The notes beneath the pieces are model-generated. The model ran no database searches. It was not told the origin of the DNA and saw only the letters and a program-made list of their open reading frames with translations. From sequence record NC_052662.1: 64,000 bases of DNA; one strand, 5' to 3'. This document shows, in pieces, positions 1-8,580 of the stretch (the first letter of the stretch is position 1; each line of letters opens with the position of its first letter). Made by a program: the position numbers and the translations under genes. Source of the DNA: Escherichia phage Mt1B1_P17.

Positions 1-70
1 CAGGTGTCCGAATTCCTGGCGAGAGTTAGATAAAGTAATTCCTTTAGCCATTTAATTTAATCTCCTAAGA

Positions 71-1186
71 TTATTGTTTCTGGGCTTTTTTAAGTTCAGC
101 AGCTTTCTGACTAATCAGTTCAGAAGAAGATTTAGCTACAGGTTGAGTATTGATCACGTCAACACCACGTTCTGTTCCAAATTCTTTCTTAACTGCGTCC
201 ACTTCTGCACGTGCTTTTTCGAATGCTTTGACGATAGTTTCAGCGATATCTTTATTGTCTACCAGATATTTAACGAGAGCTTCAACTTTGTCTTCTTCTA
301 CGAAAGAATAGGATTTAACAACAGTTGTATATTCTTCTTCGATACGAGCTTGTTCAGCTTTACGAAGTTCTTCTGCTTCCTGTTCTGCCTTAGCGATTTT
401 TTCCTGTGCTTCAAGTTCTGCGGCTGCACGTGCATCTGCGGCTGCTTTTTCTACAGCTTCAGCGATCTGTGCTTTCATCAGTTCTTGGAATTCAGCAGAT
501 TTCAGGAATTCTTCTTTGTTGATATTTTCCAAAGGGGTTTCTCCTTTATTGATTCCAGTTGTGTTTGCAGATTTATCACCTGCGGGGTTAGCCTCTGCAT
601 CCACAGAGTTTGTATTAGCTTTAGCGTGAGCTTTCACTAAATAATCTTTAACTTGACTTTGTTTCAAGGAACTCTTAACGAGATTACTCAAAGCATCGTC
701 TAAAACGTCCTCAAAGAAATCAATGGAGATCATTACATCACCATCAACAACTTGATAATCAGTAACACGAACAACAGGTTTAGCAACCTCTTCAACTTCA
801 ACATTCAGTCCGTCAACTTTAAAGCCAACAGAGAACATACCGTTATCTGAACAGAAAATTGCAACGTTCGCATCGAAGTCAGCATCAATAACGTAAACCC
901 AATCCCAACCAGCTTCAAATTTTTCACGCACTTTTTCAGAAATGCGATCCATCACTTGTTGAATATAGCTTTTACGTAACTCTGTAACATCTTCTCCCAT
1001 TTTAGTGAGAGCTTCTAACTTTTCAAAAGTTATGTCTGGAGATCCGTCTGACTTAAATAAAAGGGGGGTATTGTAACCAGATGCCGCTCCACCTTGAAAA
1101 TCAAAAGTGTAAGCAATATGAGCACCTAGTGACTCTTCCGTAGCTTTTCCAGAAAAGTCTACGTTAGTTAAATATGTATTTGCCAC
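71..1186 (-). CDS. putative head scaffolding or morphogenesis protein
   Basis: 371 aa; C-terminal half is a highly charged Ala/Glu/Lys coiled-coil-like stretch (AEAEELRKAEQARIEEE); sits downstream of terminase and putative portal on the same strand. Confidence 0.35.
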   Translation of the reverse strand: MANTYLTNVDFSGKATEESLGAHIAYTFDFQGGAASGYNTPLLFKSDGSPDITFEKLEALTKMGEDVTELRKSYIQQVMDRISEKVREKFEAGWDWVYVIDADFDANVAIFCSDNGMFSVGFKVDGLNVEVEEVAKPVVRVTDYQVVDGDVMISIDFFEDVLDDALSNLVKSSLKQSQVKDYLVKAHAKANTNSVDAEANPAGDKSANTTGINKGETPLENINKEEFLKSAEFQELMKAQIAEAVEKAAADARAAAELEAQEKIAKAEQEAEELRKAEQARIEEEYTTVVKSYSFVEEDKVEALVKYLVDNKDIAETIVKAFEKARAEVDAVKKEFGTERGVDVINTQPVAKSSSELISQKAAELKKAQKQ

Positions 1187-1188
1187 GA

Positions 1189-1668
1189 TTAGTCCTTCTT
1201 GACTTTAACGCCCATTGCGCCTATACTCAAACCTTTAAGAACGCCGTCTTTACGAGCTTGATATAATTCAGGGTCGTTGAATTGGATTTTAACGAGGGGA
1301 GTTCCTTCCACAACGAGTTCGTCACCAATGTAACAATCGACTTCATTTACCCAAGCTTTAATTGGAGAAAACTTATCGGTGTTCTTCATGTGACCAAGAT
1401 TACCACTAATGTTGGTAATATTCTCATTGAAGTTGTCAACCATCTTCCTGATTTCCAAATCAGACATGCGCTCTCCGTGGAGATCGTCTTCTTCAGGTGG
1501 ACAATACAAGACCTCAATAACCTGCATCTTTTCTTCATCAAATTTATTTTGTTTGACTAGAGTTTCAGGTTTTTGAGATGGTATAGAATCTTGTTGGGAT
1601 TCAGAATTCTCTTTAAAACCAGCGAAGGTTTTGAAGAGTTCCCACAGTGTATCTTTATTGAGTTCCAT
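1189..1668 (-). CDS. hypothetical head-assembly protein
   Basis: 159 aa ORF, 3 nt from the neighbouring ORF, in the packaging/head module; no motif recognised. Confidence 0.3.
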   Translation of the reverse strand: MELNKDTLWELFKTFAGFKENSESQQDSIPSQKPETLVKQNKFDEEKMQVIEVLYCPPEEDDLHGERMSDLEIRKMVDNFNENITNISGNLGHMKNTDKFSPIKAWVNEVDCYIGDELVVEGTPLVKIQFNDPELYQARKDGVLKGLSIGAMGVKVKKD

Positions 1669-1697
1669 TTGAAACCTCTTAAAAACAGATATCCCAT

Positions 1698-1736
1698 AAA
1701 TCTTAGTCTACAGGATATTTGTTGTTTTGTCAATAG
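1698..1736 (-). promoter_or_regulatory. sigma70-like promoter (TTGACA, 17 nt spacer, TAGACT) for the 1189..1668 gene
   Basis: plus-strand ttgtcaatag at 1727..1736 reads CTATTGACAA on the minus strand; one of four copies of this motif in the window. Confidence 0.45.
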
Positions 1737-1761
1737 AAAAATTAAAAAATATTAAATATTT

Positions 1762-3327
1762 TTAATTCGACAGGTTTTGTGCTGAAGGATCTAAAGCAGA
1801 AACAGTATCAGATGTTCCAGTTCCCGCTGTAGCTAAACCATCTCCTGATCGTGAAGTTTTGTCAGGCATATAGTTATCCATGAATTCAAAGAATTTCTCT
1901 TTATTGGCAACAATATCATCAGGGATGCGATATTCAAAACCAATTTTTTCAAGAAACTCGTTAATAACTTCTGGGGTTAAAGGTATTGCACCAGAGGCTA
2001 CCAACTGCTGAATAGCTTTAGCATTTACTTCAATATCAGGATCACCCATTTCACCACTGACAAACTTAGGCATATCTTCATCAGAAAGGAAGATATTGTT
2101 TAGTCGTAGTGTTTGAGGGATCAGTTGAGAGTTTATAGCTTCTACAACAATATCTACATCTCGCTCAATAAAATGAGACAATAGTGTTTGTTTGTTGTCA
2201 GAAAGCGCAAAACTTCCTGCGTCACCATCACCCATAATCAACACACCCGCACCAAAGCGGTTATAAATATCCAGTTTACGTTGTTTGATTAGTGCTTGAG
2301 TGTCAAACTGTTTACCCGTGCCATCAACACCTTGGAATACAAGATCGTATTGACGCATCACTGTGCCTTCATAAACGTCTGAAGGCAACACCATGTAGGC
2401 TTGCTCACCAGAGTGCAGGTTAGCGATGTTGGCTTGGAGAACTCGAAGAGATTGTGCTTCATCCCCCGCAGGATCTAAAGATGCCCTGTTTAGAATGTCA
2501 CTTGGAACCTTAAGAACTGGCATACCGCCTAAATCTTTAGATACCCCAATAACCTCAAATTCCTGAATAAGAGATTTTTCACGCCAGCTACGATATACAG
2601 CTAAAAGCGGACTAACTCCTAATGGGTTATTCTCTGTAATGTTGCTACCAACAAATAAAACTTTACTGAAAGGAATTTCTTTAATACCCGTTTCTAAAGT
2701 TGTATTACCTGGAGCTAACATCGTATTGGTGATATTCTGGTTAACAGATAGAATAGAACGTCCGTCTGCCGAATATGTAAAAGGTTGAGCCATGTGAAGA
2801 GTGTCTTGTGGTCTAAAAGCCAGTTTGGTTAATCGCCAATACCCAAAGTAAGGACTTTTAGGGTCTTCATCCAACTCATAAACTTTCTCTGCGAATGCAA
2901 AACCGTATTGCTTATATGTCAAAAGTGATCTAACATATTGACGTAGAGGGGCTTGCATATTGCGCAACATGTAATCAATAAACTTAGCAGCTTTTCTTGA
3001 CTTTGCCGAGTTTACATTGTATTTTATCTTGAAATCAAAGAATGCTCTATCTACAAAGATATATGTAGCGTCAAGAGCAGTAGCTACATCAGGGTCTTCA
3101 CCCATCTCTTTAAAAGTGCGAATACATTCTGGGAAACGAGTCTCATAAGGTTGCATGAAATTCGTAAATGCTTTGATTGAGTTTAATCCGATCGTTCCTA
3201 TTTCAGGTGACAGGAGTAACGTTTTCTCTTTCTCTGCCTCTTTTGTTGGAGAGAGAGCAGCTTTATTTGCAGCACCTTTGTCCCAGTATTCTGACTTTTT
3301 AGTGTACGTTCTTTTTCCTGTTGACAC
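1762..3327 (-). CDS. putative portal protein
   Basis: 521 aa ORF immediately downstream of the large terminase on the same strand; size and position typical of a portal; no diagnostic motif read. Confidence 0.45.
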   Translation of the reverse strand: MSTGKRTYTKKSEYWDKGAANKAALSPTKEAEKEKTLLLSPEIGTIGLNSIKAFTNFMQPYETRFPECIRTFKEMGEDPDVATALDATYIFVDRAFFDFKIKYNVNSAKSRKAAKFIDYMLRNMQAPLRQYVRSLLTYKQYGFAFAEKVYELDEDPKSPYFGYWRLTKLAFRPQDTLHMAQPFTYSADGRSILSVNQNITNTMLAPGNTTLETGIKEIPFSKVLFVGSNITENNPLGVSPLLAVYRSWREKSLIQEFEVIGVSKDLGGMPVLKVPSDILNRASLDPAGDEAQSLRVLQANIANLHSGEQAYMVLPSDVYEGTVMRQYDLVFQGVDGTGKQFDTQALIKQRKLDIYNRFGAGVLIMGDGDAGSFALSDNKQTLLSHFIERDVDIVVEAINSQLIPQTLRLNNIFLSDEDMPKFVSGEMGDPDIEVNAKAIQQLVASGAIPLTPEVINEFLEKIGFEYRIPDDIVANKEKFFEFMDNYMPDKTSRSGDGLATAGTGTSDTVSALDPSAQNLSN

Positions 3328-3428
3328 TTGTTCCTCCAGTCAGGTATAAAATCGTTAAGGCAAGGCTGTATTATATACAACCTCACCTATCTAGTTATAA
3401 TACACTTTAAAGTGACTTTTGTCAACAA

Positions 3429-5504
3429 TTATCTTTTACGGACACTATACGGTTGGTGAAATCCGCTGTTCATTCTACTGTATCCTGTAGGAGCATTTGT
3501 TGTTGTAGGGATAGCTACTGCTTTGAAAGTATTCTCTTTTGACAGAGTATTAAAACAAGAGGCAGCAGCATCGGGAATGTCATCTTTAATAGTGGCTGTA
3601 GATCTTTCACCATTGAAAGATTCCAATTCTTTATAAAAGTGGGTTAAAGTTTCCACATTAGGGAAAGAATCTTCAACAATATAAACAAAACCGTTTTGAC
3701 ACGCACTACTAAAAGGCATAAAACGCTGAAGCTTTTTCTTGTTACCTGGCATAGCATCTGGTTTAACAACAAAACCTTCTAGAATAAGTTTCTTTGCAGA
3801 CTCTGTGTATTCTATTGTCCCAGCACCAGATGGGTCTTTAGGAAGCACTACTGTAACTTCTGGTCCATCAATCTTACATTGATTTAGAATCAGGTTATCC
3901 CTTTCCCCAGGTAGTCTTCGAAACCTTCCGAAAATTTTACTTTTCTCATCCACAGCATCATAATCATAGTCGCCAAAGATGTAGATATTACCATCTTGAT
4001 CTTTACCCATTTTGACAGATGTTGTATAGTCTGGATAACGGTAAGTTTCTGTAGGAACTGAAACAGCTTTATCCCATGCTCGCATTAGTTTAAGATTGTT
4101 AGGAACATCTTTATAAGATATTTTATGTAACCATTCACGTTGAAAGAAAGATTCTTTCTGGATACGTGCAAACCAACAACCGTCCAGAAGCTGTGCTCTT
4201 TTGATAGCTGTTTGTGATTTAAGCTGTGCTAAGTAATTAGGGTTAAGCCTAATGAGTTCTGGGTTATCAAATATTGTCCCACCAATAAATACGAAAGTTT
4301 GTGGTTCAATAACAACTGTCTCCCCTGTATTAGGGTTTTCCATGAAACAGTTTTCTGGATATTTTTCTTTCAGTTCTTCAGGTGTGTCAGCAAAAACAGG
4401 TTCATCGTTAACAATGATGAAATATTTTTGTTTACCACACATATCTTCTCTAGGATAACCACCCTCATCAAGATAAGGTAACACCCAATTCAAAACCCAA
4501 CTATCTGCGTCAGGGTTACATGTGCACAACATGAAACTTGTTTCTGACTCTGAACGCATACGTCCCAGAAGATAGAGCATTTCATATTGTGTGAAGTGGG
4601 TTAACTCGTCAAAACCTACCATTGAATACTGTGTACCCTGATGGTTTGTTTCTGCTGTTACGTTATCATTTTCCAAATGGTCAAATTTGAGGGTTCCACC
4701 ACCAGTGGCTTCAAAAATGATATCCATTGTACTTTCTTTTACGTGTGGTTGTAAAGGAAGATACAAACGTTTTGCTTCTGTAAACAGACCACCTGGTTTA
4801 CGGTGAGCAGTGGTGTTCTTACGGAAAAGTATTCCACCAAACAAAGGGTCTTTGTAGGCGTATTTTAAAGCTTTCAGCAATAGCAGACGAGACTTGCCGC
4901 TATTCCCAGTAACGAAGCAGTGATCGCCACGTCTAAAGACAATATAGCTGCTTGGAGTCTCAAAACAATATTTCTTATCATCTGTTGAAATAACCTCGTG
5001 TATTTTTAAGTAAGTGCTCTTTTTACCAGGTATGTTAAAAGGAACACGTTTACCGAATGGATTTTCTACATAACCTTGCAGGGGTTTTCCTATTTGCTGT
5101 AATGCAATAAGATCTCCTACAAGAATCTCGAAATGTTTCTTTGATTTCTTTTTCTTATAGAATACAAAACGGTGTTCCATACTAAGTTCTTGGAATAATC
5201 CTACACCATTTGTTATTCTGTATAGGTTATCTCCATTTAAATCGTATTCTACAAAATAAGGTGTTACCAATTCTAAACGCTTATTCTTAGGATTGTATTG
5301 GTAAATATCCTCTCCCGAATATTCACTAATCTGCCTCCAACCATCTTTTGTAAGATATTCCGTTTCAGCAGAAACACATCCAGCGGCACCACCATAAATC
5401 ATAACTTCTGGCATTAAATCCATTGCAAGAGTCTGTTTACCTGGTTGAGCCTTTACCTCAATATCTACTCCAGCTAAACTACCTGCTGCCTTTTTCTTTG
5501 CCAC
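3429..5504 (-). CDS. terminase large subunit (ATPase plus nuclease), interrupted by an in-frame mini-intein
   Basis: 691 aa; Walker B-like VGFDELTHF, LCTCNP motif; P-loop is split as GGAAG / intein / SGKS, which rejoins to GGAAGSGKS. Confidence 0.85.
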   Translation of the reverse strand: MAKKKAAGSLAGVDIEVKAQPGKQTLAMDLMPEVMIYGGAAGCVSAETEYLTKDGWRQISEYSGEDIYQYNPKNKRLELVTPYFVEYDLNGDNLYRITNGVGLFQELSMEHRFVFYKKKKSKKHFEILVGDLIALQQIGKPLQGYVENPFGKRVPFNIPGKKSTYLKIHEVISTDDKKYCFETPSSYIVFRRGDHCFVTGNSGKSRLLLLKALKYAYKDPLFGGILFRKNTTAHRKPGGLFTEAKRLYLPLQPHVKESTMDIIFEATGGGTLKFDHLENDNVTAETNHQGTQYSMVGFDELTHFTQYEMLYLLGRMRSESETSFMLCTCNPDADSWVLNWVLPYLDEGGYPREDMCGKQKYFIIVNDEPVFADTPEELKEKYPENCFMENPNTGETVVIEPQTFVFIGGTIFDNPELIRLNPNYLAQLKSQTAIKRAQLLDGCWFARIQKESFFQREWLHKISYKDVPNNLKLMRAWDKAVSVPTETYRYPDYTTSVKMGKDQDGNIYIFGDYDYDAVDEKSKIFGRFRRLPGERDNLILNQCKIDGPEVTVVLPKDPSGAGTIEYTESAKKLILEGFVVKPDAMPGNKKKLQRFMPFSSACQNGFVYIVEDSFPNVETLTHFYKELESFNGERSTATIKDDIPDAAASCFNTLSKENTFKAVAIPTTTNAPTGYSRMNSGFHQPYSVRKR
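4902..5378 (-). mobile_element. mini-intein (Hint domain, about 159 aa, no endonuclease domain) inside the terminase P-loop
   Basis: residues 43-201: starts CVSAETEYLTKDGW (block A-like), internal SMEH (block B-like), ends ...HCFVTGN followed by Ser +1; excision restores the Walker A motif. Confidence 0.7.
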
Positions 5505-5513
5505 ATTCCCTCC

Positions 5514-5858
5514 TTATTCAGCAATAATACCTTTTTCTTGCAGTGTTTTAATATATGTTTGTAAACCTAAAACCTTTCGTCTATCTTGCTCCCAAAGAGC
5601 ATTGTTTTGAGTTTGGTTGTTAACAACTTCAGATCTACTAACCCCTCTTGCAATTTGATTTTTAGTGTATGGCACAGGTGTCGATACTTTATCCATCAAG
5701 TCCGAATCTGGACCTTTAACCTTTTCTATGGCTACAGCCTTACACTCATCAATAAGAACTGGGGAAACTTTTGTTGATGATGAACAACCCGTCATCATTA
5801 GGGGCAAAGCAAGACATACTGCCAGAATTAGTTTTTGCATAATTCGTTGTATCCTCAT
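5514..5858 (-). CDS. putative o-spanin (outer-membrane lipoprotein, Rz1-like)
   Basis: 114 aa; signal peptide with lipobox LMMTGC; its start is embedded out of frame in the 3' end of the upstream i-spanin-like ORF. Confidence 0.5.
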   Translation of the reverse strand: MRIQRIMQKLILAVCLALPLMMTGCSSSTKVSPVLIDECKAVAIEKVKGPDSDLMDKVSTPVPYTKNQIARGVSRSEVVNNQTQNNALWEQDRRKVLGLQTYIKTLQEKGIIAE

Positions 5859-6141
5859 TGATCGTTTGTTTCTTCTTCTCTAAATCTGCTTTTAATTGTG
5901 CATTGTTTTTAGACAAGTTGTTTATTTGAGTATTTAATAATGCTCTTTCTTCGTCTGCTCTTTTTTGAAGAACATCAAAATCTTGTTTTGCTTTTGCTTG
6001 GGCTGCTTGATATACTTGCGTTTGATAGGCAACACCATCTTTGTAGCCAGACTCACGTATCTTGTTATAAGCAAACATTCCGGCAAGAATAAGAACAACA
6101 ATTAAAACAAAACTTAATACAGTTTTAGTCTTTAGATTCAT
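5749..6141 (-). CDS. putative i-spanin (Rz-like)
   Basis: 130 aa; N-terminal transmembrane helix (LSFVLIVVLILAGMFAY) followed by a coiled-coil region; overlaps the lipoprotein ORF. Confidence 0.5.
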   Translation of the reverse strand: MNLKTKTVLSFVLIVVLILAGMFAYNKIRESGYKDGVAYQTQVYQAAQAKAKQDFDVLQKRADEERALLNTQINNLSKNNAQLKADLEKKKQTINEDTTNYAKTNSGSMSCFAPNDDGLFIINKSFPSSY

Positions 6142-6191
6142 TATCTTCTACTTCCTCATAAAATTTTATTTTAGGAAGAGAAGGGGCGTTG

Positions 6192-6362
6192 TTAACTATC
6201 TTCTTCACTTCCATCGGTTGAGCCTCCGCTAGGATCTCTTCCCAAGTCTTCTCTGTCATCATAAAGTTCTTCCTCTAAGTTCCAAGCCCGTGTGTAATCA
6301 TTCTTTTTATCTTTATGATAAGAAGAACGGTTAAAATCATTTTTAACTACAAAATTGCGCAT
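6192..6362 (-). CDS. small acidic hypothetical protein (56 aa)
   Basis: ATG preceded by GAGGAGG; below the 60 aa cutoff of the ORF track. Confidence 0.3.
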   Translation of the reverse strand: MRNFVVKNDFNRSSYHKDKKNDYTRAWNLEEELYDDREDLGRDPSGGSTDGSEEDS

Positions 6363-6420
6363 ATTTTATCCTCCTCATATCTGATCTTATCACAAAATGA
6401 TATATAATTGCAAGCATTAA

Positions 6421-6455
6421 AAATAAAAAAGCCCCTAACCTTTCGGAGAGGGGTG
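6421..6455 (-). terminator. Rho-independent terminator after the 6503..6799 gene
   Basis: GC-rich hairpin (GCCCCTAACC...GGAGAGGGG) followed on the minus strand by a T-run (plus aaataaaaaa); second small hairpin GGGGCAAAGCCCC at 6475..6487. Confidence 0.55.
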
Positions 6456-6502
6456 TTAAAAATAACAAGGAGGAGGGGCAAAGCCCCAAGAGAGGAGAGG
6501 GA

Positions 6503-6799
6503 TTAGATTACGATCTTTTTAGGAACGTCATCTGTATTCTGCACGGCAGGGGTTTCTTCTTCCATAGCTTCATAATGTTCTTCTAACCATTCTTCTACTT
6601 GCTCTTTAATAGCTTTAGCTGCTTGGAAGCGGAGAGGTTTTGCTGCATCCTTATCATTAACAAGTTCAACAATATACCGCATAGCTTCTAAATAATGCTC
6701 TGCAAATAATTCTTTTACACTTGCTTGCGCCGCATCCATTGCGTAAATCTGTTGCATTTCGGCTGTTGGTCTTCCACGACCACGTTTTAGTTTAGGCAT
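6503..6799 (-). CDS. hypothetical protein with basic N-terminus (KRGRGRP)
   Basis: 98 aa ORF; AT-hook-like basic motif; could be a small DNA-binding protein, function unknown. Confidence 0.5.
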   Translation of the reverse strand: MPKLKRGRGRPTAEMQQIYAMDAAQASVKELFAEHYLEAMRYIVELVNDKDAAKPLRFQAAKAIKEQVEEWLEEHYEAMEEETPAVQNTDDVPKKIVI

Positions 6800-7006
6800 A
6801 ATAAAATCCTCCTAAACTTTATCTTAACATATAAAAAATAATAAGTCAAGTTTTATTCAATAGATAGCAAAAAGCCTCCAATAAGGAGGCTAATAAATAC
6901 TGTTAATTTGAAATGCTTTATTATAATTGTGCGTTAAGGAGTCGCACCCCTCCATCTTAGAAGGAACCAGGCAAGGTCTTCAAAGATACCGCTGGCAAGC
7001 GATATT

Positions 7007-7085
7007 TGGAGGCGGGAATTGGATTTGAACCAATGATCTCCAGCATATGAAACTGGCGAGGACGACCAGACTCCTCTATCCCGCT
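7007..7085 (-). tRNA. tRNA-Met (anticodon CAT; could also be Ile-lysidine or initiator)
   Basis: cloverleaf read by hand: anticodon stem CCAGT/GCTGG, loop TTCATAT, T-arm ATTGG-TTCAAAT-CCAAT, CCA encoded; position 1-72 mismatched. Confidence 0.7.
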
Positions 7086-7091
7086 ATTAGG

Positions 7092-7161
7092 TATCCCGTG
7101 CTGGATTCGAACCAGCATCACAATAAGTTGTGGAACTCTTATCCTGTAAGTCTAACGGGAA
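7092..7161 (-). tRNA. atypical tRNA-like element (possible pseudo-tRNA)
   Basis: perfect T-arm GCTGG-TTCGAAT-CCAGC and 6/7 bp acceptor stem, but only about 70 nt and no canonical anticodon arm could be folded. Confidence 0.3.
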
Positions 7162-7163
7162 AT

Positions 7164-7237
7164 TGGTTGTTTCGACAAGAATCGAACTTGTGTCTCACGA
7201 TTATCAGTCGTGGGTTCTACCATTGAACTACGAAACA
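7164..7237 (-). tRNA. tRNA-Ile (anticodon GAT)
   Basis: acceptor TGTTTCG/CGAAACA, D-arm GTTC..GAAC, anticodon stem CACGA/TCGTG with loop CTGATAA, T-loop TTCGATT, CCA encoded. Confidence 0.8.
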
Positions 7238-7243
7238 TTAAAT

Positions 7244-7320
7244 TGGTCGGAATTGCAGGATTCGAACCTGCGACCCTACGCTCCCAAAGCGTATGCTCTA
7301 CCAAACTGAGCTAAATTCCG
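7244..7320 (-). tRNA. tRNA-Pro (anticodon TGG)
   Basis: acceptor CGGAATT/AATTCCG, D-arm GCTC..GAGC, anticodon stem TACGC/GCGTA with loop TTTGGGA, T-arm GCAGG-TTCGAAT-CCTGC, CCA encoded. Confidence 0.8.
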
Positions 7321-7325
7321 TTATA

Positions 7326-7401
7326 TGGCTGGTCTGTCTGGATTTGAACCAAACCTACGACAGTCAAAGTGTCGTGTGCTACCTGACTACACTACAAACC
7401 A
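7326..7401 (-). tRNA. tRNA-Gln (anticodon TTG)
   Basis: acceptor TGGTTTG/CAGACCA (one G-U pair), anticodon stem CGACA/TGTCG with loop CTTTGAC, T-loop TTCAAAT, CCA encoded. Confidence 0.7.
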
Positions 7402-7499
7402 ATAAATCATTTAATGAAGGGCAACCAGAAGAGGTGTGAGAGAAGGAGAAAACCATGAGTAAAAGAGAAAGTTTTCTGGCAACCCTTTATTAAATAATT

Positions 7500-7573
7500 T
7501 GGAGCGTTCTACGAGGATCGAACTCGTGCCGCCGACTTGGAAGGACGGAATGCTACCGCTACACCAAGAACGC
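7500..7573 (-). tRNA. tRNA-Gly (anticodon TCC), tentative
   Basis: acceptor GCGTTCT/AGAACGC, T-arm ACGAG-TTCGATC-CTCGT, anticodon loop CTTCCAA with one T-T mismatch in the stem, CCA encoded. Confidence 0.55.
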
Positions 7574-7584
7574 CCTACCTCTTT

Positions 7585-7613
7585 ACTATACTACATTTTA
7601 CTATTGGTTGTCA
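7585..7613 (-). promoter_or_regulatory. sigma70-like promoter (TTGACA, 17 nt spacer, TATAGT) reading into the tRNA sub-cluster
   Basis: CTATTGACAA motif copy on the minus strand, about 35 nt upstream of the tRNA-Gly 5' end. Confidence 0.5.
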
Positions 7614-7887
7614 ATAGTTTTATTGAGTGGGACAGTGACGAGTATCCCATTGGGTGACTAGCCCTACGTTCGGTAAGCTAACTTAAAATAATACAAAACC
7701 AAAGTCAAATATTATTCTTCGTTGCTGTCGATGGGAGAGCCGCTTCTTCTTTTGCCCCATCCAACCCTACTCCGGTCAAGTTTCAGGTAACTCTTTTTGT
7801 GATCAACACAATACTAAGAACACTGTCTTTCGAGCAGACCTTGTGCACAGGATACGACGATCAATCACAGTGCTCTTAATGTTGTGT

Positions 7888-7962
7888 TGGTGCTCCCACT
7901 CTGAATCGAACAGAGATCCACGGATTACAAAACCGTTGTAATAGCCATTATACTATAGGAGC
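7888..7962 (-). tRNA. tRNA-Thr (anticodon TGT), tentative
   Basis: acceptor GCTCCTA/TGGGAGC, T-arm CTCTG-TTCGATT-CAGAG, anticodon loop TTTGTAA on a 4 bp stem with one U-U pair, CCA encoded. Confidence 0.5.
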
Positions 7963-7968
7963 AAAGCT

Positions 7969-8045
7969 GGGACTCGGCAGGATTCGATACCTGCAATTCC
8001 AGAAGCCTCTTGGCGACTGGGGGTTTACCTTAACTCTACAAGTCC
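7969..8045 (-). tRNA. atypical tRNA-like element with 8-nt T-loop
   Basis: 7 bp acceptor stem (GGACTTG/CGAGTCC) and T-arm GCAGG-TATCGAAT-CCTGC, but the central region folds as an extended hairpin, not a canonical anticodon arm; no CCA. Confidence 0.3.
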
Positions 8046-8052
8046 ATAATTC

Positions 8053-8138
8053 TGGCGATGAGTATAGGATTTGAACCTATATCGTTCTTTCGAACACGGA
8101 TTAACAGTCCGCCGCTTAAACCATTCAGCCAACTCATC
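8053..8138 (-). tRNA. type II (long variable arm) tRNA, anticodon loop reads GTT
   Basis: acceptor GATGAGT/ACTCATC, anticodon stem GCGGA/TCCGT with loop CTGTTAA, 15-nt variable arm hairpin GTTCGAAAGAAC, T-arm ATAGG-TTCAAAT-CCTAT, CCA encoded. Confidence 0.5.
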
Positions 8139-8144
8139 TTAATT

Positions 8145-8232
8145 TGGTGGTGAGTGATGGAGTCGAACCACCCGAATCGCAATGATAACAGATTTACAGT
8201 CTGCCCCGCTACCCCTACGGAATTAACTCACC
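8145..8232 (-). tRNA. tRNA-Tyr (anticodon GTA), type II
   Basis: acceptor GGTGAGT/ACTCACC, anticodon stem GCAGA/TCTGT with loop CTGTAAA, long variable arm, T-arm GGTGG-TTCGACT-CCATC, CCA encoded. Confidence 0.7.
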
Positions 8233-8362
8233 TAAATACTAATATTTAAATTCTTTTTAAAATAGCCAGTGTTCACACCACTAACTATGAGTTATCGGTA
8301 AGATGGTGGAGGCCATCTGCCGAAAGTTTACTCTATTAAAGTAAGCTATATTAAAAAGAACT

Positions 8363-8448
8363 TGGCGGTAGATGTAGGACTCGAACCTACACGCCGTTTC
8401 CGACTACAGTTTAGCAAACTGTCGTGGCTACCATTTCACCAATCTACC
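8363..8448 (-). tRNA. tRNA-Ser (anticodon GCT), type II
   Basis: acceptor GGTAGAT/ATCTACC, anticodon stem ACAGT/ACTGT with loop TTGCTAA, long variable arm, T-arm GTAGG-TTCGAGT-CCTAC, CCA encoded. Confidence 0.8.
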
Positions 8449-8452
8449 AATC

Positions 8453-8543
8453 TGGCGGAAGGAGGGAGAGTCGAACTCCCAAGGCTCTTTCAAGCTCGGC
8501 GGTTTTCAAGACCGTTTTCGTCGCCACGTCGATTTGCCCTTCC
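8453..8543 (-). tRNA. tRNA-Ser (anticodon TGA), type II
   Basis: acceptor GGAAGGG/TCCTTCC, anticodon loop CTTGAAA, long variable arm, T-arm GGGAG-TTCGACT-CTCCC, CCA encoded. Confidence 0.7.
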
Positions 8544-8551
8544 ATACTTAT

Positions 8552-8580
8552 AATCTAACATAAAATAATGTTAGTTGTCA
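8552..8580 (-). promoter_or_regulatory. sigma70-like promoter (TTGACA, 17 nt spacer, TAGATT) upstream of the tRNA-Ser pair
   Basis: third copy of the CTATTGACAA motif on the minus strand. Confidence 0.4.

Noticed and set aside
74-640. 188-aa plus-strand ORF
   Set aside because: Lies antisense inside the 71..1186 minus-strand gene; Phe/Cys/Ser-rich composition typical of an antisense frame in AT-rich coding DNA
3429-5504. Possibility that the terminase insert is a homing endonuclease gene or a separate ORF
   Set aside because: The insert is in frame, has no LAGLIDADG, HNH or GIY-YIG motif, and is only about 159 residues, which fits a mini-intein and not an endonuclease
7456-7494. 12-codon ORF with AGGAGA Shine-Dalgarno-like sequence inside the tRNA cluster, plus strand
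   Set aside because: Opposite strand to every neighbouring gene, very short, and sits in tRNA precursor spacer
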